IMG/VR virus record: IMGVR_UViG_3300045988_103857
DNA length: 64,000 nucleotides
Direction: 5' to 3' (one strand)
From: a virus
Below, one piece after another: positions 54,548-62,845 of this stretch. The notes beneath the pieces were generated by a model. The model did no database searches. It was not told where the DNA came from and worked only from the letters and a program-made list of their open reading frames with translations. Numbering within the stretch: the stretch's first letter is position 1; each line of letters begins with the position of its first letter. The position numbers and the translations under genes were made by a program.

Positions 54548-54741
54548 GTGCTTTTTAGAGGTATTTAAAAGTTCGAGGGAACAGGCTAGGGAACAGGTAA
54601 GGAACAAGAACAAATATTCGAATTAAAACCATAGGAGGAAAACTTGTGTGTGAGACACAGGAAAAACCATCGTAGACGGCAGAAATGCGGTCTTTTTTTG
54701 TTTTCCAAATTATGTTAATATGGTTGTATGGAGGTGGTGTT

Positions 54742-55386
54742 GTGATACATACCGCATATGATGTGATGAAAGAATATCTGATAACCAGTGCAGAACTTGA
54801 CGGCCAGTTTCAGATACCAATGCTTCCAAAAGTGGATTTCTCAGCAGGCAAGTCGATTGACTTTGCGTCTTCAAAATCCAGATCATTGAAAGGCCACAAG
54901 GACCTGACCGTAAATTTTTACATTGACGACAAAAGCTTTCTACAGGTATGGAATCAGCCTGACCAGTACATTGGGCACTTAAAATGTTTCAATTCAGTTT
55001 GCAGCCCAGATTTCACAATTGCTTCCGGGATGCCGAGTGCGTTGAACATCTACAACCTGTACAGAAACCATGCTTTAGGCTATTATTGGACGGTTATGGG
55101 CGTTAAAATTATTCCGTCCGTAAATATTATCAGCCCAAAGGAAATGCCATGGATATTTGACGGAACGCCACACAGAAGCACTGTATCATGTTGCACCAAT
55201 GGCAGAGTGCGGTCAAAGTCTGCCAGAATGGAGTTTTGCGAGAATTTTAAGGAAATGTTGGACGCAATAGAGCCGACAAAGGTTGTGATCGTAGGTATCG
55301 TGCCGGATGAACTCAATGTGGATGTGCCAATTATAAACCTCAATTCACGGAGCCAGAACATGAAAGAAGCGTTCAGAAAGGAGTAG
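54742..55386 (+). CDS. DUF4417-like protein
   Basis: GTG start after a GGAGGTGG RBS. The family assignment is from memory of sequence style only. Confidence 0.4.
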   Translation: MIHTAYDVMKEYLITSAELDGQFQIPMLPKVDFSAGKSIDFASSKSRSLKGHKDLTVNFYIDDKSFLQVWNQPDQYIGHLKCFNSVCSPDFTIASGMPSALNIYNLYRNHALGYYWTVMGVKIIPSVNIISPKEMPWIFDGTPHRSTVSCCTNGRVRSKSARMEFCENFKEMLDAIEPTKVVIVGIVPDELNVDVPIINLNSRSQNMKEAFRKE

Positions 55387-55388
55387 GC

Positions 55389-55526
55389 ATGGGAACCATC
55401 AGTAGGGAATCAGCGAAGCGCAGAAGTAAGGAAACGAGCCGACAGAAAAGACGTAGGAGTAAGATTTCTGATATTACAAGAAGAAAGAATACCACTGGAA
55501 AAGACGAATTGAATGTGATGAAATAA
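55389..55526 (+). CDS. 45-aa highly basic peptide
   Basis: AAAGGAG RBS. Sequence MGTISRESAKRRSKETSRQKRRRSKISDITRRK... Confidence 0.35.
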   Translation: MGTISRESAKRRSKETSRQKRRRSKISDITRRKNTTGKDELNVMK

Positions 55527-55587
55527 AAATTTACATCACGCCGAGATACGTTATAGAGAAATATATACAAAATGCACAAAACAAAAA

Positions 55588-55630
55588 AGTCGCAGGTCTG
55601 AATTAGTTCCAGATTTCTGCGATTTTTTTC
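55588..55630 (+). terminator. terminator (A-run / stem / T-run, potentially bidirectional)
   Basis: TCGCAG...CTGCGA stem with an inner TCTG/CAGA helix, followed by TTTTTTT. Confidence 0.5.
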
Positions 55631-56402
55631 AGATTTTTCCAGTTCAAACCAACCTGGTTTTGATGCTGTTTCTGGCTTGTCGTACATTTTCTTGGTGCCT
55701 TTGTCCCTCCCGGAAACCTCCAGCCGATCAGGAATAGACCGCCACATGGAGCCCATGAAAACCACACCGCCCGACATGATCTGATAAAACCAGAGTCAAA
55801 CAACACAGCCCGCTGGGAATAACCCGGGACCAGACCGGGAACAGCTGCGGAAACGTCAGGTACAGCCAGAGCCCAAACTAATTCTAACATAACGTTGTAA
55901 AATACGTTTAAAAACGTTTTTGCGCAACCGTGGTAAAATATACAGGAAACACATAAAACACGCTTAAAAAGCCAAATACGGCGTTATAGAAGCATTTAAG
56001 GCACAACCGCCCAAGTAAAAATGCCTAGAAGCGTACAGAAACAAGACCGCCGGAGCGATCACAAACAAAGTCCGCATAGCTTCGCACAGTCTGGAAGAAT
56101 AAACACCCGATTGCGTCAAACGTCCGTGCAACTATACAGAATAATAATAACCCCGTTGCACTCTGCCGTCAATCCCTGTTGTCAATTCAATATTTGAAGA
56201 TTTAAGACACTTTTATATGCTTATGATAAAATATACCAGAATCACGCTAAAAGCCGTTAAAACGTCAAATAGGAGCTAATACAACTATATATAATTGCCA
56301 ATGTGCATCAAACCGGAGAACAATCCCCGGCGAAGTCCCGGCACAGGTCGCGAACCACCGCCGCCCGGAGCGGATGCAGGACACCAGAAAAAGAGCAGTG
56401 TT

Positions 56403-56567
56403 TTACTGCTCTAAATCAGAATATTTTTCTAAAAAATTCAATAGTTCCGAATCTGTAAGACTTGCAGCTTCTTTGCAGATTTGGTCATATTCTCCAATAT
56501 ATTCCATCGACCCGGCTACAATCTCAATCGCAGCCTGTTCTAATTTTTTCCTTTTAGCTTTTGACAT
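56403..56567 (-). CDS. small hypothetical protein
   Basis: Internal ATG (MSKAKRKK...). A terminator hairpin GAGCAGTAAAACACTGCTC plus T-run follows on the minus strand. Confidence 0.4.
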   Translation of the reverse strand: MSKAKRKKLEQAAIEIVAGSMEYIGEYDQICKEAASLTDSELLNFLEKYSDLEQ

Positions 56568-56584
56568 AATACCGCCCCCCATAT

Positions 56585-56884
56585 TTAACAAATTCCAAGT
56601 GATGCTAAAAAATCAGCATTAACATTTTCCCAGCAACTTGGAACGAGAGAAGAACATCCGCATATATGCATAAGCCCGTATAAGTGCCGCCGCAGGTTTT
56701 TAACGCCGCACCAGACGGACGCGCCACAGCCTGAACCCCCGACAGGAATACTGTAAACAGTTCCGTTATATTCCCATAAATCCCAATTACCACCATCATT
56801 GGCGATAAAAACACCATTTTCGACGATTTCCCGGGCATGATCGCGCCAGATATCGCCCATTTCTGAATAATTATATTTTCTCAT
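56585..56884 (-). CDS. hypothetical protein
   Basis: 99 aa with an AAGAGAAAAATG-type upstream region. Confidence 0.4.
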   Translation of the reverse strand: MRKYNYSEMGDIWRDHAREIVENGVFIANDGGNWDLWEYNGTVYSIPVGGSGCGASVWCGVKNLRRHLYGLMHICGCSSLVPSCWENVNADFLASLGIC

Positions 56885-56927
56885 TTTTCTCTTTTCTTCC
56901 CTTTACCCATGGGAGCCGGGTTATAAA

Positions 56928-56969
56928 AGGCGTTGCCGGGAATCGAACCCGGCGGGAACCGTTACGCCT
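56928..56969 (-). ncRNA. tRNA-like minihelix (acceptor-stem mimic + canonical T-arm) in an intergenic spacer
   Basis: The minus strand reads AGGCGT-AACGGTTCC-CGCCGGG-TTCGATT-CCCGGC-A-ACGCCT, then TTTT. There is no D arm or anticodon arm. Confidence 0.4.
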
Positions 56970-56993
56970 GAAATTATTATTCATTAACCAAGA

Positions 56994-57509
56994 TCATATT
57001 TTTATATCTTCTGCAAAATCTGCGCCGGGGTTGCTGGATTTTAATTGTTTGAACATATCAAAAGCCTTTTTTCTATCTTTTCCGGCGTATTTTATAAAAT
57101 TTGTCTGTTCTTCATGACCATCGTTCAAATTTACATCATAAAAAAATATGTAATAAAACACGTTTTCATGCCGGCGCTGTTGACGCTTTAATACAATTTT
57201 CTTTTTTACAGGTGAAGTTTTTAAAAAATTATAACGGCGTGTCAATTCTGCCTGATATGCTTTTAACTGCAATATAGTTTCTTGCAGTTCGTCTATATCT
57301 TTTTGCGAACGTTCAAAATATCTCAAAATTTCGTTTTCGGTGTGGAGCTGTTCCGGGTGCTGCTCATAAATTCCTATTTTTTTATTGCTTGTATCCTCTC
57401 TGTAATATCCATATTGTGAGAATAATTTTTTAAATAAAACGTCTTGTGAATGTTCACAGGTGCCCAATTTAGGACACCTGCAACAATATTTTACGCATTT
57501 CTCATTCAT
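56994..57509 (-). CDS. hypothetical protein (N-terminal Cys cluster)
   Basis: 171 aa with an ATGA-type overlap with the upstream gene. Confidence 0.45.
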   Translation of the reverse strand: MNEKCVKYCCRCPKLGTCEHSQDVLFKKLFSQYGYYREDTSNKKIGIYEQHPEQLHTENEILRYFERSQKDIDELQETILQLKAYQAELTRRYNFLKTSPVKKKIVLKRQQRRHENVFYYIFFYDVNLNDGHEEQTNFIKYAGKDRKKAFDMFKQLKSSNPGADFAEDIKI

Positions 57510-58585
57510 GCAATTTTCACCCCTTTCAAAGCTTCTGACGGGTCAGTTTTAAAAATAAAACTGTGCGTAAATCTGGAATAATAACCGCCAATGTTCTTAA
57601 TTTGTGCAGATAATTCTTTGTAACTTTCCCTGCTGAGAGTGTCTAACCATTTAACAAGGTAAATCTTTTCGCCGGTTTTTGTGTGCTGGCTTTCCTGTAC
57701 TGTATACGGTGCGCCAGTTGTGCCGATCTGCTCAGATGTTTCTTTTTCGGCGCTCTCTGTCGGCGCCGGGGCTGTATTCTGTTTTTTGATTCTGGCAGTT
57801 TTAGGAACGTATTTGCAATTATCATAATCAACTTTACCGTCGTAAAAATTAACGTCGAAATAGTCAATCATGCCGTCACTGTCGTTATAATTGTATGATG
57901 AAACAAAATCATTTACATCATCAATAACACTCTGAAAATACTCTGTAGGCACTCCGTAATATACTTTGTTTTCTTCAAAAACTGTTTTTTCATAGCATTT
58001 TAAAAGCTCGTCATCTGTCCAACTGTCAGCGGTAAAAATATCATTGTTATATAATTTTCTCCATACGCCCTGAATTTCATCACTGATGTTTTTATAAGTA
58101 TGTTCTTTTCCGTCTTTGTCTTTATACGTGCATTCTTGCCAATAATTTTCCTTTAATTCTTCAGCTGTCTTATACATCCTTTCGGGAAATTCCAAAAGGT
58201 CAACGCTTAATGACTGGCACATACTCGCGTAATGTGTGCGAATGCTAAATTTACAAGTCGGATATTTTTCTTTTACATATCCTCTGACAATTTTTGCAAT
58301 TTCTTTCAATGATAAATGACTATCATATCTGGAACCCTCCCAACCGTTATCAGTGTAGAATGTGCGACGGGTTCCGTTGGCTGTCTCTGTCTTTTCTTCT
58401 TCTGTCAGACTGTCAGCAGTTGCGGCGCGATCTTTCCAGAGCGGGAATAAAATATCATATTCCACATTAATGTCTTTCATTGTGTCCAAGTCTCCGCCGT
58501 TGTCCGGGTGATTCTCTTTCAAAAGTTTCTTATACTGCTCTTTCAAATCTTTGTAGCTTTTTACGTTTTTGAAATATTTGCTCAT
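57506..58585 (-). CDS. J-domain (DnaJ-like) protein with large C-terminal region typical of conjugative-element polyvalent proteins
   Basis: N-terminal YKDLKEQYKKLLKENHPDNGGD carries the HPD motif. Confidence 0.6.
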   Translation of the reverse strand: MSKYFKNVKSYKDLKEQYKKLLKENHPDNGGDLDTMKDINVEYDILFPLWKDRAATADSLTEEEKTETANGTRRTFYTDNGWEGSRYDSHLSLKEIAKIVRGYVKEKYPTCKFSIRTHYASMCQSLSVDLLEFPERMYKTAEELKENYWQECTYKDKDGKEHTYKNISDEIQGVWRKLYNNDIFTADSWTDDELLKCYEKTVFEENKVYYGVPTEYFQSVIDDVNDFVSSYNYNDSDGMIDYFDVNFYDGKVDYDNCKYVPKTARIKKQNTAPAPTESAEKETSEQIGTTGAPYTVQESQHTKTGEKIYLVKWLDTLSRESYKELSAQIKNIGGYYSRFTHSFIFKTDPSEALKGVKIA

Positions 58586-58662
58586 ATTCTCTTACCTCTC
58601 TTTTTATTTTTTTGAAGTCCGGCGGTTGCGTTGGGGCTACGGCTTGACCGCCGCCGGAGGAA

Positions 58663-59127
58663 TTAATCTAAATAATTAACTTTAGATATGCTGTATTCTG
58701 TTTTTAGTTTCTCAAAAGCGTGTTCCGTAACTATATAATAATTTGTATCGTTTTCCGTTTTATCAAGACGAACCCCGCGCCCTTTTAAACTCAATTTAGT
58801 TGTTAAAAACCAGTGGTCACCGTAATAACTCAGACTTGCGTCAATCTGACATTCTGGTTTTTCCTGCCCCATTTCCGGCGTGTACATATACAACCCGGGA
58901 GCGGCAACCGGGGCGGCTGTCTGGCTCTCCAATGCCTTTAATTTTTGGCGCCCGATTCTGCGAAGCGTAAGCAGTTCGGACTGTGTTATTTTATTTTGTT
59001 TTGCTAATTCTTCAGCGGTTCCAAGGTAAAACTCTGTAGTTTTTACAGTTCCAGAAACCTCGAAGAACTGTTTTAAATTTATGAACCCGGTTGACTCCTG
59101 AACCGGGAAAGGGATGATTTTACACAT
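58663..59127 (-). CDS. hypothetical protein
   Basis: 154 aa, same-strand operon. Confidence 0.4.
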   Translation of the reverse strand: MCKIIPFPVQESTGFINLKQFFEVSGTVKTTEFYLGTAEELAKQNKITQSELLTLRRIGRQKLKALESQTAAPVAAPGLYMYTPEMGQEKPECQIDASLSYYGDHWFLTTKLSLKGRGVRLDKTENDTNYYIVTEHAFEKLKTEYSISKVNYLD

Positions 59128-59229
59128 TGATTTTTCTCCTTTTCTGTGATATTCTGTTTTTGCTGATATTTTAATGATTTACAATTTATACTGTGGGGGA
59201 ATCCGGGCTTTTCGTCCGGATTCTTTTTT

Positions 59230-59385
59230 TTATGCAGCCATTTTGTACAGAATCAGAAACTTTAATTCTTCATACTGTCGGGAGTTAATCCCGGCGAAGT
59301 CGCTCCCGATCAGGTCCAGGAGCTTTTCTAATTTTCTTTTTGTGCGGGCCTTTTCTATCTGGCCCAGATAGATGTTATATCTCAT
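59230..59385 (-). CDS. 51-aa hypothetical protein
   Basis: ATGA overlap with 59382..59600. The ORF is below the track cutoff. Confidence 0.3.
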   Translation of the reverse strand: MRYNIYLGQIEKARTKRKLEKLLDLIGSDFAGINSRQYEELKFLILYKMAA

Positions 59386-59600
59386 TTTTTTATTTCCTCC
59401 AGTCTAATAACAAGCCCTAACTCATTATTCTTGTTTGATCTTGTGATATAGAAATCAATCACCCAATCATCAAAATATTTTTTGCAGGTCTGAAGCATTT
59501 TCCCGCTCATTTCCCATTCTACAAATTCACTTTTTCTGCCTTTCTGGATTTCAAAGAAATCACAGTGCATTGTGTTGAATAAGTCTAAAAATTTAATCAT
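59382..59600 (-). CDS. hypothetical protein
   Basis: First gene of the leftward operon. Confidence 0.4.
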   Translation of the reverse strand: MIKFLDLFNTMHCDFFEIQKGRKSEFVEWEMSGKMLQTCKKYFDDWVIDFYITRSNKNNELGLVIRLEEIKK

Positions 59601-59670
59601 GTTTTTTTCTCCGTTCTCCCGGCTTTGCGTCCGGGCTGTTGTTCTCTGTTGATGGTTATATAATACACTA

Positions 59671-60050
59671 ATTAAGCACTAATAGCAATTGACATAATGT
59701 ACAAATTAAGCACTAATTATTTATGGCAAATTGTGCATTATGATTAAGCACTAAAATTGTTGACAATTAAGCACGCGCATATTATAATGAAGAAAAATAA
59801 AGGAGGAATAAACATGGCAGAATTAACAGTAGAAGAAAAAGCAATAAAGAATAGAGAAGCAGTAAAGAAATGTATGAAAAATAAGGATAGAATAAATGTG
59901 ATCTTACCGCAGGGAACACTCGACAGAATAAACGCATACGGATTAAAAACCAACGCTTTCGCAAGGGAATTAATTCTTGCAGAACTTGATAAAATGGATA
60001 GAATGAAAAAAATGTAAATTAAGCACAAATAACTATTGACAATTAAGCAC
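59671..60050. promoter_or_regulatory. six copies of ATTAAGCAC; two sit inside consensus promoters TTGACA-17-TATAAT (59760..59788) and TTGACA-17-TATACT (60036..60064)
   Basis: Copies start at 59671, 59705, 59743, 59766, 60018 and 60042. The 59766 and 60042 copies lie immediately 3' of a -35 hexamer. Confidence 0.7.
59814..60017 (+). CDS. RHH-type (CopG/Arc-like) small DNA-binding protein, candidate autoregulator
   Basis: AAAGGAGG RBS. The segment DRINVILPQGTLDRINAYGLKTNAFARELILAELDK fits a beta-alpha-alpha pattern. Confidence 0.5.
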   Translation: MAELTVEEKAIKNREAVKKCMKNKDRINVILPQGTLDRINAYGLKTNAFARELILAELDKMDRMKKM

Positions 60051-60092
60051 TAATAATATATACTGTAACCATAGAAAGGAAGTGGTTACAGA

Positions 60093-60611
60093 ATGAGTGA
60101 TTTATTCAATATTCCAGATAAAGACCGATGCGGAGTATACACAATAACAAATAGAAGAACCGGAAAGAAATATATAGGTTCTTCTACACAATTAAAAAAG
60201 CGCGCGGAAGTCCACAAGGGAGAAATCGCAAGAAGAAAACACAATAACAGGTCAATACAACAAGATATTTTGAAAAATGATGACTTTGATTTTAAAATTG
60301 TAAAAGTTATTGATGAATCAAACTATTTGTATTATGACGAAATTCGAAATAAAATGTATTTAGTAGAGTACAAATTAATAAAATCCGGAATTTTGAACGG
60401 TGAAGATTTGTACAATCTCGAAACATTAAAAGTAGTTGATGCAAGGTTGAAAAGGGTACAGGAAGATCAAGAAAAAATATCAAAGAGAAAGCAAGAAGTT
60501 TACGATATGCTGAAGCTTTCAAACGAAAAGTTGCTTTATGAATATGCGACTAATAATGATTTTTTTGAATCCAGACTGTTAAAAGAAGAAATCTTAAAAA
60601 GAATGAGTTGA
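60093..60611 (+). CDS. GIY-YIG domain nuclease
   Basis: Contains CGVYTITNRRTGKKYIGSSTQLKKRAEVHK...YLVEYKLI. Confidence 0.7.
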   Translation: MSDLFNIPDKDRCGVYTITNRRTGKKYIGSSTQLKKRAEVHKGEIARRKHNNRSIQQDILKNDDFDFKIVKVIDESNYLYYDEIRNKMYLVEYKLIKSGILNGEDLYNLETLKVVDARLKRVQEDQEKISKRKQEVYDMLKLSNEKLLYEYATNNDFFESRLLKEEILKRMS

Positions 60612-60653
60612 ACCAATCACACAGCCCCGGGGAGGGGCGGAACGGAGGACAAA

Positions 60654-60986
60654 ATGAGAAAAGAGGATTTGCTTAACAAGAAAAATGAAACTGCCGAAAA
60701 CTTGCAGTGGTACGTTAGAGACGTCATCACAGACGAGGACTTGAAATGTTTTTCAATTCCTCAGCTTGAAAGATTAATTAATCTTGTCGAGCGGGCTGAG
60801 GCATTTCGCGAAAAATGCGAAAGTTTTTGCACATTATCAGTAAATGAAGTGGTACAGAAGAGCACCGGACGAATTGCATATTTTGAAAACTCTGGAGAAA
60901 TCCGGGAAGAAACTCCCGAAGAGTGTATGCAGGGAGCTGCTCGACAAGGGTATATCAATTACCTGAATGGCAACGAAAAGGCGTAA
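60654..60986 (+). CDS. hypothetical protein
   Basis: ACGGAGG RBS, 110 aa. Confidence 0.4.
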   Translation: MRKEDLLNKKNETAENLQWYVRDVITDEDLKCFSIPQLERLINLVERAEAFREKCESFCTLSVNEVVQKSTGRIAYFENSGEIREETPEECMQGAARQGYINYLNGNEKA

Positions 60987-61170
60987 CTAAAACAGTTACG
61001 CCCCGCTTGATAAGACCTTACAATCTTATTTTAACATATTTCAACTCAACGTCCCGCCGTTGATCGGGACGACTCCCAGTGAAATCATGGAACACCGGGA
61101 AACAACAATAAAAATTGCTGATATCGAAATTATATGTCAGCGCAGGGAAAAAGTCAAGGAGAAAATAAAC

Positions 61171-61401
61171 ATGAAATTAAACACATTGTCATATGTCCTC
61201 TGTTCCGAGGACACAATTGAAGCTGGTAAAGAATATTTCTTCGGTCAGCTCTGGGATGGAAACGGGGACGGCGAGGAACTTTTGGAGTCCGGAGCAATCG
61301 CCGTATACCAGAACGGTGAGGAGTACATTGTTGATTTCGAGATTCTGGAAGCTGCGGAAGATATTTTACAAACCCGTGTTAAAGTTACCGGGATTAACTA
61401 G
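61171..61401 (+). CDS. small acidic protein
   Basis: AAGGAG RBS, 76 aa, D/E-rich. Confidence 0.4.
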   Translation: MKLNTLSYVLCSEDTIEAGKEYFFGQLWDGNGDGEELLESGAIAVYQNGEEYIVDFEILEAAEDILQTRVKVTGIN

Positions 61402-61411
61402 GAGGAGAAAA

Positions 61412-61615
61412 ATGAAAGAATTTGAATTAAAACAGGTGGCGCGGAACAATTCCGAAAACTTCGGATGTTCCAAAGTCACAGCAGCTTGGCTGTGCGGCAC
61501 AGAAGCCCAGAAAGAGAATTTTATAAGTTCTCTGGGTGAGAACTGGGTGAGAATCCCGGCGGAACTTGTTGACGAAACCGCCGAGCAGAATTTTATTTCA
61601 TATGCTCGGGCATAA
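61412..61615 (+). CDS. small acidic protein
   Basis: GGAGGAG RBS, 67 aa. Confidence 0.4.
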   Translation: MKEFELKQVARNNSENFGCSKVTAAWLCGTEAQKENFISSLGENWVRIPAELVDETAEQNFISYARA

Positions 61616-61632
61616 GGAGGAGGAAAAAGAAG

Positions 61633-61836
61633 ATGTTAGAAAGAAAAATTGATCGAGCAATTGAGAAAGAAGCAATGAAAACCGGGAAGATGGGAACCGA
61701 ACCGGTGACCGTAGAAATGGCACTGACAAGCGGAGAAATCGAGGAGTTTAGAAACCTCGAAAAATATGACAGTAAAAATTATTTCTGGGAAATTGAGGGC
61801 AATACTCTTAGAATTTCCTACACAGAAGAAATTTAA
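61633..61836 (+). CDS. small acidic protein
   Basis: GGAGGAGG RBS, 67 aa. Confidence 0.4.
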   Translation: MLERKIDRAIEKEAMKTGKMGTEPVTVEMALTSGEIEEFRNLEKYDSKNYFWEIEGNTLRISYTEEI

Positions 61837-61856
61837 GAAAATGGAGGAAAAAGAAG

Positions 61857-62051
61857 ATGAAAAAAACAATTGATCTATTAAACGAAGTTACAGAAATGGG
61901 ATTCGGCAGAGAGCAGGCGCTTGCAGACATCGATGCAAGCCTCGACTCAGAACTTGAAGAAAGAAAGCCACTGATGGAGGAAGAAATACCAGAAAGTCTG
62001 TATGATGATATCCTTGAAGGTTTTCGAGCAGACAAGGAAATGAACGCATGA
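61857..62051 (+). CDS. small acidic protein
   Basis: GGAGG RBS, 64 aa, strongly D/E-rich. Confidence 0.4.
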   Translation: MKKTIDLLNEVTEMGFGREQALADIDASLDSELEERKPLMEEEIPESLYDDILEGFRADKEMNA

Positions 62052-62737
62052 AAGCGGTAATGATACAAGGACATATGGACATCGCCGGGTTTTTAATTCC
62101 GGGATGGAACGGCAAGCGGGGCGAAACGTACCCGCTTCCGCCTTTTTCTACAGTTGCTGGGATGGTTCATTTTCTTTGTCGGTGGGACAGTTGGCACGAT
62201 ATGAAGATATCCGTATCCGGCAATGGAGTCATGAATAAGCCGGAAATTTGCATGAGGTGGCGCGGCGGAGCTGTCGCAGGATCAGAGACAGAGGAGTTTA
62301 AACAGCGTTTTCCGGTCAGGGTAAAATCCGGGAATTCTTTTGTGGGCTGGGTTAATACACCGATTTATGAAAGCGTGGTGTCTGATCTGGACCTGCGGCT
62401 GCATATTATGCCGGATAACCAGGAAGAAGTTGACGTAATTTACAGAAAAATCTTAAATCCCCGGACATTTCCAAGTCTGGGACGGCATGAGGACTTGATA
62501 AGAATTGACAACGTGCAGGTTGTTGACGTTTTGCCAGCACAGGAAATGACACTTGATATGTGTGCTTATGCACCGGCTACAGTAGAAACGCCCGGAACTG
62601 TGTACACAGTTCACAAAGATTATACGATCAGTAAGGGAAAGCGAAGATTTAATGATGTTCGAGCAAAATATTTAGATAGAGGAACGAAAGTAATTACAGA
62701 TTGTGATAATTTAAACAATCCTTGTTTTTTCATCTGA
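62048..62737 (+). CDS. cas5: Cas5-like protein (type I-B Cas5t-like), solitary
   Basis: The N-terminal ...GETYPLPPFSTVAGMVHFLC and internal FPSLGRHEDLIRIDNVQVV match my memory of the Cas5 (Tneap/I-B) family. No cas7, cas8 or cas3 gene lies next to it. Confidence 0.6.
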   Translation: MKAVMIQGHMDIAGFLIPGWNGKRGETYPLPPFSTVAGMVHFLCRWDSWHDMKISVSGNGVMNKPEICMRWRGGAVAGSETEEFKQRFPVRVKSGNSFVGWVNTPIYESVVSDLDLRLHIMPDNQEEVDVIYRKILNPRTFPSLGRHEDLIRIDNVQVVDVLPAQEMTLDMCAYAPATVETPGTVYTVHKDYTISKGKRRFNDVRAKYLDRGTKVITDCDNLNNPCFFI

Positions 62738-62743
62738 TTTATA

Positions 62744-62792
62744 GTATTATTTAGACAACAATTACTGATGTAATTGAATGTAAATTTGAAAT
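62744..62792 (+). repeat. single CRISPR-repeat-like sequence in the cas5 3' untranslated region
   Basis: The sequence GTATTATTTAGACAACAATTACTGATGTAATTGAATGTAAATTTGAAAT ends like type I-B repeats (..GAATGTAAAT / ..TTGAAAT). There is only one copy, so this is not an array. Confidence 0.25.
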
Positions 62793-62845
62793 AGTACTGA
62801 ATAAGTGCAAATTTTAATATCTCCATTTTGGAAAGACGCAAAATA

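Larger units (their letters stand above)
54409..54606 (+). other. att-like region: two ~30-bp GGAACA-triplet repeat blocks (54409..54438 and 54575..54606) flanking a tRNA 3'-end fragment
   Basis: GAGGGAACAGCCAGGGAACAAAAAGGAACA versus GAGGGAACAGGCTAGGGAACAGGTAAGGAACA. The three GGAACA units in each block are spaced 10-12 nt apart. Confidence 0.6.

Noticed and set aside
55373-55890. Minus-strand ORFs of 134 and 95 aa in the 55.4-55.9 kb region.
   Set aside because: They have no RBS. They run across a terminator hairpin and into the antisense of the DUF4417-like gene, and their composition is dominated by the strand skew.
59174-59371. A 65-aa plus-strand ORF.
   Set aside because: It lies inside the leftward operon, opposite a better-supported 51-aa minus-strand ORF that is ATGA-coupled to its upstream gene. 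It has no RBS.
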